From positions 62,001-126,000 of the forward strand of contig JBEWZL010000238.1 of the NCBI GenBank assembly GCA_045837725.1: a stretch of DNA of 64,000 nucleotides, in the 5' to 3' direction. The notes beneath the pieces were generated by a model. That model had not been told where the DNA came from. It did no database searches and worked only from the letters and a program-made list of their open reading frames with translations. Made by a program: the position numbers and the translations under genes. Origin of the DNA: Vermamoeba vermiformis. Taxonomy: Eukaryota. Below, in pieces: positions 11,944 to 25,297 of this stretch. How positions within the stretch are numbered: position 1 is the first letter of the stretch; every line of letters starts with the position of its first letter.

Positions 11944-13257
11944 ATGTCAACACCCACACAAGACACACCGCTTTCAGGAGGACAGGTTCCTCAAGCCGAC
12001 GATCCTTTAAGCTGCCGCATGTACGAGCAAAAGTATCCAAATGTCGACGATCTGGTCATGGTCAAAGTGAAGCAAATTGCCGAAATGGGTGCTTATGTAT
12101 CACTCTTGGAATATAACAATATTGAAGGCATGATTTTATTGAGTGAATTGTCACGCAGACGTATTAGATCGATCAACAAGCTGATTCGTGTTGGTCGCAA
12201 TGAAGTTGTTGTCGTATTGAGAGTCGATAAAGATAAAGGTAATAATACTACTATTAAATATTTATAATTCGATTATTGCGAATTATTAATTTTTTGAATT
12301 TTTTATTTTGTTTTTCTCACTTTTCATCTGTTCTTCAATTCACTCAGCACGATGTACCGACAATTACTAATGCATAATATAGGATATATTGATTTGTCTA
12401 AGCGTCGAGTGTCCCCTGAAGATATTAAGAAGTGCGACGAAAAATACAACAAATCCAAAACTGTAAGCACTCCCTGACGAAGCTCGATTAACAACAGCTG
12501 CCTGTCAAATACAACGATTCTAATACGACTACTATAGGTGCACAGCATTATGAAGCACGTTGCTGAAACACAACACCGCAAGCTGGACGATCTGTACAAA
12601 ATGTTTGGCTGGCCCCTCTACAAGAAATTCGGCCACGCCTTTGACGCCTTCAAGATTGCCATTCAGTACGCGTCTCATATAGACACAGATGCATTGTATA
12701 GTCGTAGCACTAACACCTGACTGCAGAGAGCCAGAGAAAGTGTTTGAGGGCATTGAGATCGAACCCGCACTCAAAGAGTCCTTGCTGCTCAATATTAAGC
12801 GCCGCATGACCCCTAAAGGTACCACCATACTAGTGTACATTGCATATACTCGCGCGCTGAACTAACTGGCCTTGCCCCAGCGGTGAAGATCAGAGCAGAT
12901 GTGGAAGTGACGTGCTACTCGTACGAGGGCATTGACTCGATTAAAGACGCACTGCGCGCAGGACAGGCAGTGGGCACTGAAGACGAGCCCATCAGCATCA
13001 AGTTGGTAGCCCCGCCCTTGTACGTCATGTACGTCACGTGCTTGGACAAGGACGAAGGTGTGAAGCTGTTGGAGAAGTCGATCGAGGTGATGAAAGAGAA
13101 GATCACGGCACTGCACGGCGATATTGTGGTCAAAGTGGCACCGCGCTCTGTGACTGATCGCGACGACAAGGAGCTCGCAGACATGATGAAGGAGATTGAG
13201 CTGCAGAACTCTGAAGTGCCGGGTGACGATGACGTCAGCGACAGCGATGAGGAATAA
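11944..13257 (+). CDS. EIF2S1: Eukaryotic translation initiation factor 2 subunit alpha
   Basis: [33 protein letters not shown] (Ser51 site), [33 protein letters not shown]. Confidence 0.97.
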
Positions 13258-13836
13258 GCGCCTCAGTGCTGCGAGGGGGTGAGGGAGAGCTGAGTGGCGG
13301 GGGGACGGGCGTGGTGTCAGTGTGTGTGTGTAGCACCACTGCTGCTAAAAATAGCGGCGCTGGGCTGTGCAACACTCTGACCACTGTTTTGAACTTCGGA
13401 AAATAAAAAAGAATACGCGCAAATAGACCCCTTATTGCTAAGGACTAATAACACCCACAAAGAAGCTCAAAGAGGTGATTGCAGTGCAGTTGACCAAAGT
13501 TTGACCGCCGTTCATGAAACAAAACGAGTTTTTGCTCGTAAACTCACTTTTTTGTTGCTGCGTTATTTTTATTGCTTAGCACGCAAAAACAACCACACTC
13601 AACACTAAGGTAAGTTACAAACATTTTTTGCCTACGGTCTGCTAACTCTCCTTTTGTCTCTTCATCCTTGAAAATCCACGCGTTAGCAAAATTTTCAAAA
13701 TATCTTTCTTGTTTTCTGCTCTTATTGATAATATACCTATACCTTTACGTAATAAAAGTGCTTAAATAAATAACCGGCAACAGTAGCACCTTCTAGCATT
13801 CAGATAATTGTCTAATTATTTTTTATTAATTTGCAG

Positions 13837-15076
13837 ATGTCGAAGAAGGCCACTTCATTCAAGGATTTGGGCAAGAGCACCAAGGGTAAGTAGTACTATA
13901 TTTAGCGCAGTTATGGAGTATTAACGCCTGATTTTAGACCTCCTCGAGAAGGGTTTCCCTGTGGATACCTTCGAAGTTGAAAGCGAGAGCACTGCTGACA
14001 ACGGCGCTGTAAGTACAATTCATTATGGACAAGTGCAGTATTGAAGAGGGTTGTGTTAATAGCAAGCTGATAATTCAATTTGTATTTGTTTTTTTTTTGT
14101 CATCTTCGATCGACCCAGTACTCACTGTACCTCTTCGTTATCAACAGAAGCTCAAGGTCACCGCTTCACGCAACGTCAAGGGTGAAGTTTCTGCCGGACT
14201 TGAGGGTCCCACTTACACTTGGAAGGACTTTGGTCTCACATTCAAGTTCATCGGCAAGACCGAGAACAAGGGCACCTTCTCCTGTATGTACTGATACTCT
14301 AGCGCTATTCGATCTATTATACGCGATTTGATTTGAGACAGAAATCTTTCTCAGTTTGAACTGTCGCTTCAATTCAATTTAAAATTTAATCGAAAAAGAT
14401 TTTCTGGATGCAGCTCCATAACGCGCAATACTAACCGTCGCTATCAACAGTGGAGTCCTCTGTTGAAGACAAGGGTGTTGAGGGTTTGAAGGCCACTTTG
14501 ACCGCCGAACAAAAGGGCGAAGATCGCACCGTCAAGGCCGCCGTTGACTACAAGCACCCCTCAGCTGCCGTCAACACCGTGCTCACCTACCCGCTCTCTG
14601 CTGCTGGCAAGCCCACGTTCCAAGGCAGCGCTGTTGCCAAGTACGACCGCTTCTCCGCTGGTGCTGATGCCGTGGTGGATTTGAGCGAGACCAAGGTGAC
14701 CAAGCAGAACTACAAGCTCGCCTTTGAGTACAGCAGCAAGTTCAACGCCATGGCCTACTACAACATTGACAAGGCCAATGTCTACGGTCTTGCCCTCTTC
14801 AGCCGCGTGCGCGACAATGTTGACCTCGGCGTGGATGTGTCTCAAAAGCTCGCCAAGGACGAAGTGCCCACCTTCAAGTTCGCGACGCAATATCAACTCG
14901 ACAAGAGCACCACACTCAAGGCCAAGTTCCAGTCCACTGATTCACGCCTCGCCTTTGCCCTCAAGCAAAAGTTGAGCGATGCCGTCACTGCCACCATCGC
15001 CACGGACCTCGATGCCTCTAACTTGAGCTCTGGATCTGGTCACAAGTTCGGTTTGAACCTCACCATCAACCCCTAA
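13837..15076 (+). CDS. VDAC: Mitochondrial porin / voltage-dependent anion channel
   Basis: N-terminal FKDLGKSTKDLLEKGF, beta-strand pattern, C-terminal GHKFGLNLTINP; strong codon bias; 5' UTR intron ~13610-13836 ends immediately before the ATG. Confidence 0.9.
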
Positions 15077-15277
15077 GTACCTCGTGCTGTATCAATGGTG
15101 AACGCTGTTACAAAATCAGATCGCGACTTGTTTTTTTTAAATTAAATAATTGTTTTTCGCTTATATACATATAAAATGTTGTTATTATTGTACAAGTGCG
15201 CTGTTGATCGTCTTGCTTGCCCGGAGCTTGTTCAGCTCAGTTAATATCGCACAACAACAACACTAAGAACAACAGCA

Positions 15278-16578
15278 ATGAAGCGCATCACTCTCCTCGT
15301 AGCAGCAATCGCACTCATATTAGGGGCATATAGTTATCTGTATCCCACCACTGCGAAGGCAATTGCCATGCGCCTGGCGTTTGACGGATTGGTGCTCAAA
15401 GAGAAGTACTTCCCGACTGCTGGCTTGGAGGGTAATATATTGCTATATTATCTACATATCTAAGCGGTATTATGGGCGATATTTGTATTAACGACCGTTA
15501 ACAGATCTGAGCGCTGAAGCACGAGCCTTTGCCGTAGTATTATCGCGAGGGCAAAACAACGATGTGAACGGCACGTGAGTCACTCAATGCACTGTTAATA
15601 TTAGGCTGCAGCAAAATATTCATATGTTCACAGACGCGAGGGCAGCAAAGCCGCAGCCAAAGCACTGCCACCCCTGCAACAAGTGCACGTGACTCCTTTC
15701 CTAATCGGGAAGGTGCCTGTCACGTGGTTCACACCCCCACAACAGCACTCCAATCTGACCGTGCTTTACTTCCACGGTGTAAGTTACTGTTTGTCCGTTC
15801 ACTGAACGACTCTCGCTGACACGTGTCACTAGGGTGGCATGGTGACGGGGTCAGTGGCAGGCGAGGGCTATTGTGCCTCGTATCTCGCACTGCACCTCGG
15901 AGCACGCGTGCTGTCTGTGGACTACCGCTTGGTGCCCGAACACACGCTGCACGAGGCCCTGGACGACGCACTCACCGCGTACCAGTACCTGTTGCGCATT
16001 GAACGCGTGCAGCCACAGCAGGTGGTGATGTACGGCTGTTCGGCGGGGGGATTCATGACACTAGCCACCGCACTGCAACTCAAACGCGCTGCACTGCCAC
16101 AACCTGCTGGCATTGTGCCACTCGCTGTGTGTACGTACTAGTACTGCGCATCACTGTCTCTCACTCACTCTGTGCAGCACATGGCTTTGAACACCTCGCT
16201 GACTGCACACCGCGCAATGCATGGGCCTCGCGTCAGTACACACAGCTCGCACTGTACGCCATGCTGCCACCCTCGCGCATTGACTGGTTTGACAGCGTCA
16301 TTGCACGCAATCCGAGCAACGCTGACACCTTGCGCACACTGTACAGTGATCTGAGTGGCCTCGCACCCATATTGATGCAAGTTGCAGAGTATGATCCGCT
16401 GCGCGATGGTGTTGTGCAGCTGAGTCATGCATTGAAGGCTGCTGGCAACACAGTGGAGTTCAGCATTCTGCCACGCATGTTTCACTGCATTTCAACACTC
16501 GCTGATATGACACCTGAGGGAAAGCAAGCTGTTGCTGGACACATGGCTTGGATCAAGCGTGTGACAAACTCAACTTAA
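15278..16578 (+). CDS. HSL-family alpha/beta hydrolase (esterase/lipase) with N-terminal signal/anchor
   Basis: HGGG oxyanion motif split by an intron, VDYRLVPEH, GCSAGG nucleophile elbow, YDPLRD, MFH catalytic His. Confidence 0.88.
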
Positions 16579-16820
16579 AAAATGTATAAATAATAATTTG
16601 GTAATTTTGTGCTTTGATAGCTCTCGGAATTCCTGGTTGTTGTAGGTTGACATGGTTCGGTTGTTGTTTGTCCAGGTGAATCCCCCACATTCCACTCTAA
16701 TGCTTCTGCAGTTCAAACCATTCTGTTTCAAGTTGAGTGCTTCAATGGAAATCACGGAAAGTTGCAGGGAACCGGGCAGATGACTCTCCTGGCCTTTGCA
16801 CGAGTGCTGAACTAGTTAAT

Positions 16821-18402
16821 GTATGAAGATTTTAATAAGATTTCCATATGCCATGTATATGATTAAGCCTTAGAAAAAGGTTTGCCATGAACAAAGTTAC
16901 AACATAAAATAGTATGATGCAACAATTTTTGGATAGTTAGGCGACAATGAATTGAAGCCAAAGTTCAGTGGTGCATAAAAACGTAAGTTGTGTTGCTGAT
17001 GGATGGGTTCATACTTAATGCAGAAGACATCTCGTCCGCCAAAAATTTTTTGTCCATCAGTGGACATTGTGTCCGTCCGGGGTCGCTGTGTCCGCTGATG
17101 TTAGTAATTGACCAACTTGTACCAAACTCGGCCATTAGCATCAGTGGACCCAAGAAAGACTACTATTGGCATCAGGAGGCTTTGGGCTAAACGCCAGAGG
17201 CTGAAAATGGCAATGTTCTGCAAAGAACTTAAGTACTAGAACTTTGTTCTATTGGCTGCAATACCATTGAAACGTTGGAAACACCTAGATCTATCACTAT
17301 CTAACAAGAATATTAAAGTAATCATCAAAGATATTGTAGTGGCAGCAATTTGTAAATTTTCTGCATTAAGTATGAACCCACCCGCCAGAACATGTTTGGT
17401 ACAACACAACTATACGTATTTTATGCACCACTGAACTTTAGCTACAATTCATTGTCACCTAACTGTCCAAAAATTTTTGCATCATCTAAACTTTTTTATG
17501 TTGTAACTTTGTCCAGCATGGTGGCAAACCTTTTTATATGGAAGGGTTGCTTAACCACATACATGGCATATAGAAATCTTATTTAAAACTTCGTTCTATA
17601 TAATGTATGGTCAGCGGACGTGCGGTCCGGCAGACGTCCAATTTTTGGCGGACAGGATGTCCACCGGCAGACGTCCCGTCCGGCAAAAATTGGACGTCCG
17701 CCGCGGACCGCGCGTCCGCCGACCATACATCATATAGTATGAAGATTTTAACAAGATTTCTATATGCCATATATATGATTAAGCATATCCCTTCATTATA
17801 ACAAGGTTTGCCACCATACTGGACAAAGTTACAACTTAAAAAAGTATAGATGATTGAAAAAAAAATTCATAGCTAGGTGACAATGTATTGTAGCCAAAGT
17901 TCAGGGTTGCATAAAATACGTATAATTGTGTTGTACCAAACATGTGCTGGTGGGTGGGTTCATACTTAATGCTGAAAATTTACAATTTGCTGCCACTACA
18001 ATATCTTTGATGATTACTAATATTTTCTTGTTAGATAGTGATAGGTCTAGGTGTTTCCAAAGTTTCAATGGTATTGCAGCCAATAGAACAAAGTTCTAGT
18101 ACTTAAGTTCTTTGCAGAACATTGCCATTTTCAGCCTCTGGCGTTTAGCCCAAAGCCTCCTGACGCCAGTAGTAGTGTTTCTTGGGTCCACTGATGCTAA
18201 TGGCCGAGTTTGGTATAAGTTAGTCAATTACCAACATCAGCGGACGCAGCGATCCCGGACGGACGCAATGTCCACGGACGGACGAAAAATTTTTGGCGGA
18301 CGGGACGTCCGCCACCTATAAGTTGGTCAGTGGATTTGCAGCGACCCCGGACGGACGCAATGTCCACGGACAAAAAATTTTTGGTGGACAGGACGTCCAC
18401 CT
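16821..18402. mobile_element. Non-autonomous foldback/MITE-like repeat: ~1.3 kb imperfect palindrome plus flanking partial copies
   Basis: 17030-17660 is the reverse complement of 17670-18310; 16821-17022 is a direct, partly deleted copy of 17737-17975; 18339-18402 repeats 18247-18313; no transposase ORF. Confidence 0.75.
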
Positions 18403-18474
18403 TTTGTTGTAATTGTGGCAGATATATCGCTGCAACTCTTCTGGAAATGCAATGCGTTGCCAGAAGGTTTGCGG

Positions 18475-18575
18475 CCCTGAGCAGGTCTTGCCGTTAACAC
18501 ACTTGGTTGTATGGGAGCCACCACAGTCGATATCTGTCTCGTCTTGGTTCTTCCACGGTCAATGCATGAGGGAGT
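18475..18575 (-). pseudogene. Frameshifted fragment of a Cys-rich CxDxxKNxDETDxDCGG repeat protein
   Basis: Reads PSCID-(5 nt, 1-nt frameshift)-KNQDETDIDCGGSHTTKCVNGKTC; no intact gene around it. Confidence 0.55.
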
Positions 18576-19165
18576 TGCTGCGCATAACAAATTAGATAAT
18601 CATCCCTTAGTTTGGCCAATTTGGTGGTTCTTTGTAGAACTCTTTTTACCACAGAATTCTGAGATCCAGCTTCATTGCCTTTCTGCACAAGTTTCCTTAA
18701 ATTATTTGGTTGTCACAAACGTTGGTGCTGATTTCATTTCTACTGGGCCCAAAAGAGACTAGCGCCTTTGATTGATTATTACAAAGATGTGGATGCTGCT
18801 GAGGTACGCAATATAAGAAATTTATTGGGGTGTCATTGGTTGTCTGTGAAGCAGTTTCTTCACCTTTCTATTAGTAAGAAGTTCATGCTGGAGATGTCTG
18901 CCCAGAAAAACACTGGTCCTAATCAGCGGCCTCCTCTCCATAGTTGGACTCCCACAGGAAAAGGATTTCTTACAAACCGTAATCAACCAAATTTGCGTTG
19001 CCAATAATTATTGGTTATCGCTACATTCAAGACCCCCTGCACTCACTAGTTAAACAATCGACATTCGCCGTTCACTGAATGGAAATCCGATCCGCGTGTT
19101 TTAATGATTGTAAGTTTCTCAGAAGTCTATATACATTATTATTGTTGTTATCACTAGCACGGTGC

Positions 19166-19835
19166 TCACTTCTTCTTCTTCTTGGCCGCAGCACCGCCCT
19201 TGTCCTTCTTCTTGTCGTCGTCCTCAGTGCCAAAGTCGTAGCGGCGCGCAGTGAGTTCGAGTTCAGTTTCCAGATCTAACTTCTCGCGGTGCAGCTTGAG
19301 CTCTTCTAATATGTCCATCGTTGTCACCACTGTCGGATCGTATGCCTTCTTCTCGCCGTTGACGAAAGTGAGGTGTATCTCGGCCTTGTCCATGCGCTGC
19401 GGCACTTTGGTCTCGTGCACCCAACACTTCTCGTTGTGACGGCGCTGCGCCAGTGCGGTGCCCATGAAATCACTGCAGATGTGCGCGTATCAGTGGTCGT
19501 TCCGTTGCAATCGAGCGAATTTATTATTTACAGAGCATTGTGACCGCGCGTTGTGAATTCAACGGCATTAATGCGCAACAATTAAATTAAAAAATTAAAA
19601 TAAAATCAATAATTAATTATGTAAATTAAAAGCACGTTCTAACATCAATTAATGCTCATTATATATCGCATATAATATTATGAACACGCAGCACGTACCG
19701 AATGGTGCTCATGCCTTTGCTCCACTCGCTGAATTTGACTTCGACCTCTTTGACATATTTGAGCGAGGGCTGGAAGTGTCTGCGCCAATCACGTCGTTGC
19801 CAGGCCTCGACGTTCGGTATCTTCAGCTTGGCCAT
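19166..19835 (-). CDS. Mitochondrial ribosomal protein mL53-like
   Basis: Two exons: ...LKYVKEVEVKFSEWSKGMSTIRDFM...AEIHLTFVNGEKKAYDPTVVTTMDILEEL, the pattern of yeast Mrpl44/mL53. Confidence 0.6.
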
Positions 19836-19974
19836 GGCTGTATAGTAGTGTTATGTACTGCTCTGTGGCGTGGGTTAAAAAATGAATTTTTGTTCCGATC
19901 AGATCAGCTTTAATTTCTGTCGAAACAACCACAACTGATTGCACTGCGAGTCCATTGATTGATTGAGTGGTAAT

Positions 19975-21503
<1,529 letters not shown>

Positions 21504-21602
21504 GGAGCACTTCCTTATTTGTACAGTTTTGTTTCCATCGCACTCCCATAAATAGACTTGTTCAATCACGTGACTGTTATTTTCACTGAACGGCTAGATA
21601 TT

Positions 21603-22611
21603 TTATTTGCCCTGGTCGAGAGCACGCAATGCCGTGGAGCTAATTTTAGAATCGTACTGCGCGAGCTCTTTGGGTGGTGGCAACATGCCCAGCACGTAAC
21701 TGACCAATGGCTGCAGACCTTTGGATTGCCTAATTTGGTTAATGCCGTCCAGGGCCCCAGCGGTCTCTTGCGTGGCCACGAGACAGCCAGCATTGGGCTC
21801 AGTGGCTGAGGGACCAGCGGGCTCTGTCAACTCAGCGATGAGCAGCGCTATATTTGGCTTCACGTGCTTCATGAACTGCGTCACGTGACGCGATCGTTCA
21901 GTGAATGGTTGAATCAAGTCGCGGTGCTTTTTGTTCTTCAACAGCGCGTCACCTGTCAAACGTGTCATATTAGATATACCCAATTAGTCACTCTCATTGC
22001 AGTCACGCGATTGACACGTACCTGTGAGTCCCACAATGACACGTGTCACTGCGAGGATCAGACCAGCTGTCAACAGCACTTTGTGACCCACGTGCAGTCT
22101 GTCGAATGTTCCGCCGAGACAAATTTCACTGAATGCGTGCACGTGATAAGGACTGGTGGCTGTCACTGCGGGGCCTGGACCACGTGTCAAAAGTGTCAAT
22201 TCTTGAACGGGGCCGTCAGTTGCGTGCTGGTCAGTATCTCCCGCGAGATTGAAGGTCACTTGCACTCCCTGAGGTCGTTCACTGAACGGCAGCAGCACGG
22301 TGACGTCCAAGCGCCACTGCTCGTTCATGAACGCAGTGTAGGCACGTGTCACGTGATGCATGACGAGCTATTTTTAGACCGTGAGCGCGGTACTTGTAAC
22401 AACAAGACTAGCACTTGGTAGTGGTGCTATGCCATGCGCAGGTACGTACATCAGCGAGCAGGGAGTTGAAGGCGTGTTTGAAGTGAAGGTGCACGTAACA
22501 CTCGCGCCGCACCACGCTGCAGATCTGCTGGGCTATTTCTTGCAGCGCTTGGTCTGAATAATCCTCAATATTATTGATATGCAAGTATCCACTGTCGTAC
22601 TGCTTGTCCAT
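21603..22611 (-). CDS. Phosphopantetheine adenylyltransferase (Cab4/COASY PPAT domain)
   Basis: LGGTFDRLHVGHKVLL (HxGH motif), LLKNKK, GPSAT, QET, KISSTALR. Confidence 0.88.
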
Positions 22612-22711
22612 ATGTTCGGGCAGTGTTGTGGTCGTGTGTGGCTAGTGAATTAGAATAGTAGCCGCTAATTCAATTTCAACGCGATAAATAGTGACCACAA
22701 CGAGCCACTGG

Positions 22712-24160
22712 ATGAGCAAGAATAAGACTAAAAAGACCACTGCACCTTCACCTACCGAGGAGACAGTTCCTCTCACTTGTCCGCAACACCCACACTTCAA
22801 GACGGTTATTTCGGATGTCGATCGTGCGATTGAATTAATGCCCGAATTGTTCCTCGAATTGGCTTCGTTGTATCACAGTGGAAGAATATTACAGGCATGT
22901 CGTAATTCTAATAGGCTGTATCACTCGGTGTCACTAACCGTCGCAGGCTGAAGGAGTGCTGCAGACGATCGAAGCCACACTCGCCACGCACTGCGAGCAC
23001 GTGACTGTGAGCACGTGGTACAAACAACTGCAACGATTGGAGGTCAAGGAGGACGCGGAACAACTGCTCAAAATCGACTTCGACTTGCTGGAGCGAATTC
23101 GCAAAGAGAGCGACGATGCGCGTCAATTGTTGCAAGAATTTCATGCAAACCATGAGTGGCATCACGTGCACCGCACTGGCGAGGGACTGACCTGCGCGTA
23201 CAAGTCACTGCAGGTCACGTCCAAAAAAGGCAAAAAAGAAACGCAACACGTGATCAAACTGGACGGTGAGTGACAGGTGTCATTCAGTGAACGGTGATTG
23301 ACTCGTCCGTATGACAGGTGTCATTGAAGCCTCCGTGTCATCGATCGTAGCGGTGCTGATGGAGGTAAGCAGTGATTGGTGCAGGCAAAGTCACCCCCAC
23401 CCTATATTCACCCCTCTATATTCACCCCACCCTATAATCATATTCATATACTCACCTGTCTCAATCTCCTTGCTAACATGCTGTCCTTCAGGTTGATCTC
23501 TACACGCGCTGGTCTGTCGCTTCACTGAACTGTATTCCCGCAAAGACTGACTTGCCAAATTAGGATGCCGTGCTACTTCAACGGAGGTCTCGGCCTAAAT
23601 AAGGCGCAAGAGCTGCAACACGTGGACAAGTTCAAGAAAATTGCCTATTTTGGCATCAATTTCCCGTGGCCGATGCAGACACGTGACTTGGCTGTGTACG
23701 GAGTGGGCTGCGACATGTTGGAGACAGGTCACGTGCTGTGCGTGCTGTCCTCGATCGATGACCGCGAAGAATTCAGTGCGCAGGTGCCTGCAGTGCCCGC
23801 CAAACACGTGCGCGCGACGATGAGCATTGGCGGCTTCTTGTTGACTCCGCTGAGTGCGCAGCGCACGCAAGTCTCGTTCATCTTCAATGTGGATCCCAAG
23901 ATGAGCTACGTACCGAGCATGCTGCTCAATTGGGGCCTCAAACAAGGCGCGCACATGGTGTTCAATGTACGTACTCGGCGCTCGATCTGTTCTCGCTGCT
24001 AACTCCTTAAATGCAGTCACTCGCGCGTCAAGCCAACAAGGTGCATCAAGACGAGCAGTATTTAACGCGCATGGAACAACACGCTGAGTCGTACGGCCTG
24101 CTCAGAAGCAGATTCGAACAACTGCAAGCGCGGGAATCACCTTCCAACGCCAACCAATAG
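22712..24160 (+). CDS. START (lipid-binding) domain protein
   Basis: FPWPMQTRD, HVRA, FNVDPKMSYVPSMLLNW motifs; multi-exon. Confidence 0.8.
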
Positions 24161-24261
24161 GCCAATCTTGTAAATAAATTGTACTATACTCGATAATACT
24201 GCGCGAGCTGTGCCTCAAAGCCGTTTTATTCGAATTTTTTTGGTTACAAATATTTAATTAT

Positions 24262-25058
24262 TTATTCCATAGCACCCTTCTCAGAGACGTAGATACCGTC
24301 CAAGAACTTACGGATATCCTTGTTCTTAACGCGTGTGGAGTGGTAGATGTTGGCAGCGGATTGGGAAACCTTCTCGACGTCGTTACCGGTCAAGACGATC
24401 TCTTCCTTAACATTTTCAGAGCGAGAAATGGTGACACCTTCCAACATGGGCACGCGTCTGACGATACGCTCTCCCAAAAAGTTTCTGATTTGAATCTCCT
24501 TGCCGTCATCAGGGATGTTGACACCAATGGGAAAGTGAGCATATACGAATCTCATCTTGTATTGGTAACCCTAATAATTTTAAATCGCATTAATTTCCCA
24601 TCCCATTTAAATTATCACATCAAATTAGACATTCGTATTCCACTGCATAATAATAATAAATAATACATAATTATAATTACCTTGAGAACACCAGTGAACA
24701 TATTTCTGATCTGGGAGACAACGGTGTTGACGCAAGCGTTGTGCTTTCTGTCACCCCACCAGACATCAACGCGGATCTTCTTGCCGACCTTGCGGATGTC
24801 GCATTGGAGGTGGCGGAAGTCCTTAGTGAGAGTACCACGAGGACCCTTGACGACAACCTTTCGGGACTTGATGGTGACTTCCGAAACTAACGTAATAAAA
24901 TTTGGTTATTATTGATTATTAATTATTGAATTATTGTAATAATAATTTTGGATTTGGGTTGATCGCCATGATATTTTTTCGTAACTGTCGCTGTGATGCA
25001 AATAATAATTACCTCCGTCAGGAATGGGAAGGGTTTGAGAGGCAAGGATAGTTTTCAT
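24262..25058 (-). CDS. RPL9: 60S ribosomal protein L9 (uL6)
   Basis: [48 protein letters not shown]; two introns. Confidence 0.97.
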
Positions 25059-25297
25059 TTTAACTGAGGTGTAATAGAGGCCTAAACGGGACAAAAATAA
25101 GGGTCACGAAGACGAAGGAATAAACCGCGGGTCAAAAATTCAGCCCAAATAAAATTGATAAAATTTTGGCCGGAAATTTTTGTACGAGGAATTTTAATTT
25201 GGTGACGTTGCCATAGTTTAACCACGAACAATCAACTTTATAAAACAGCTAGAATCGTAATGATGGAAAATTGGTAGTTATTTGTGCACATCCAAAA

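Noticed and set aside
17252..18083. Paired 60-aa ORFs MAAIPLK... on opposite strands
   Set aside because: By-product of the palindrome arms; non-ATG starts and no transposase motifs
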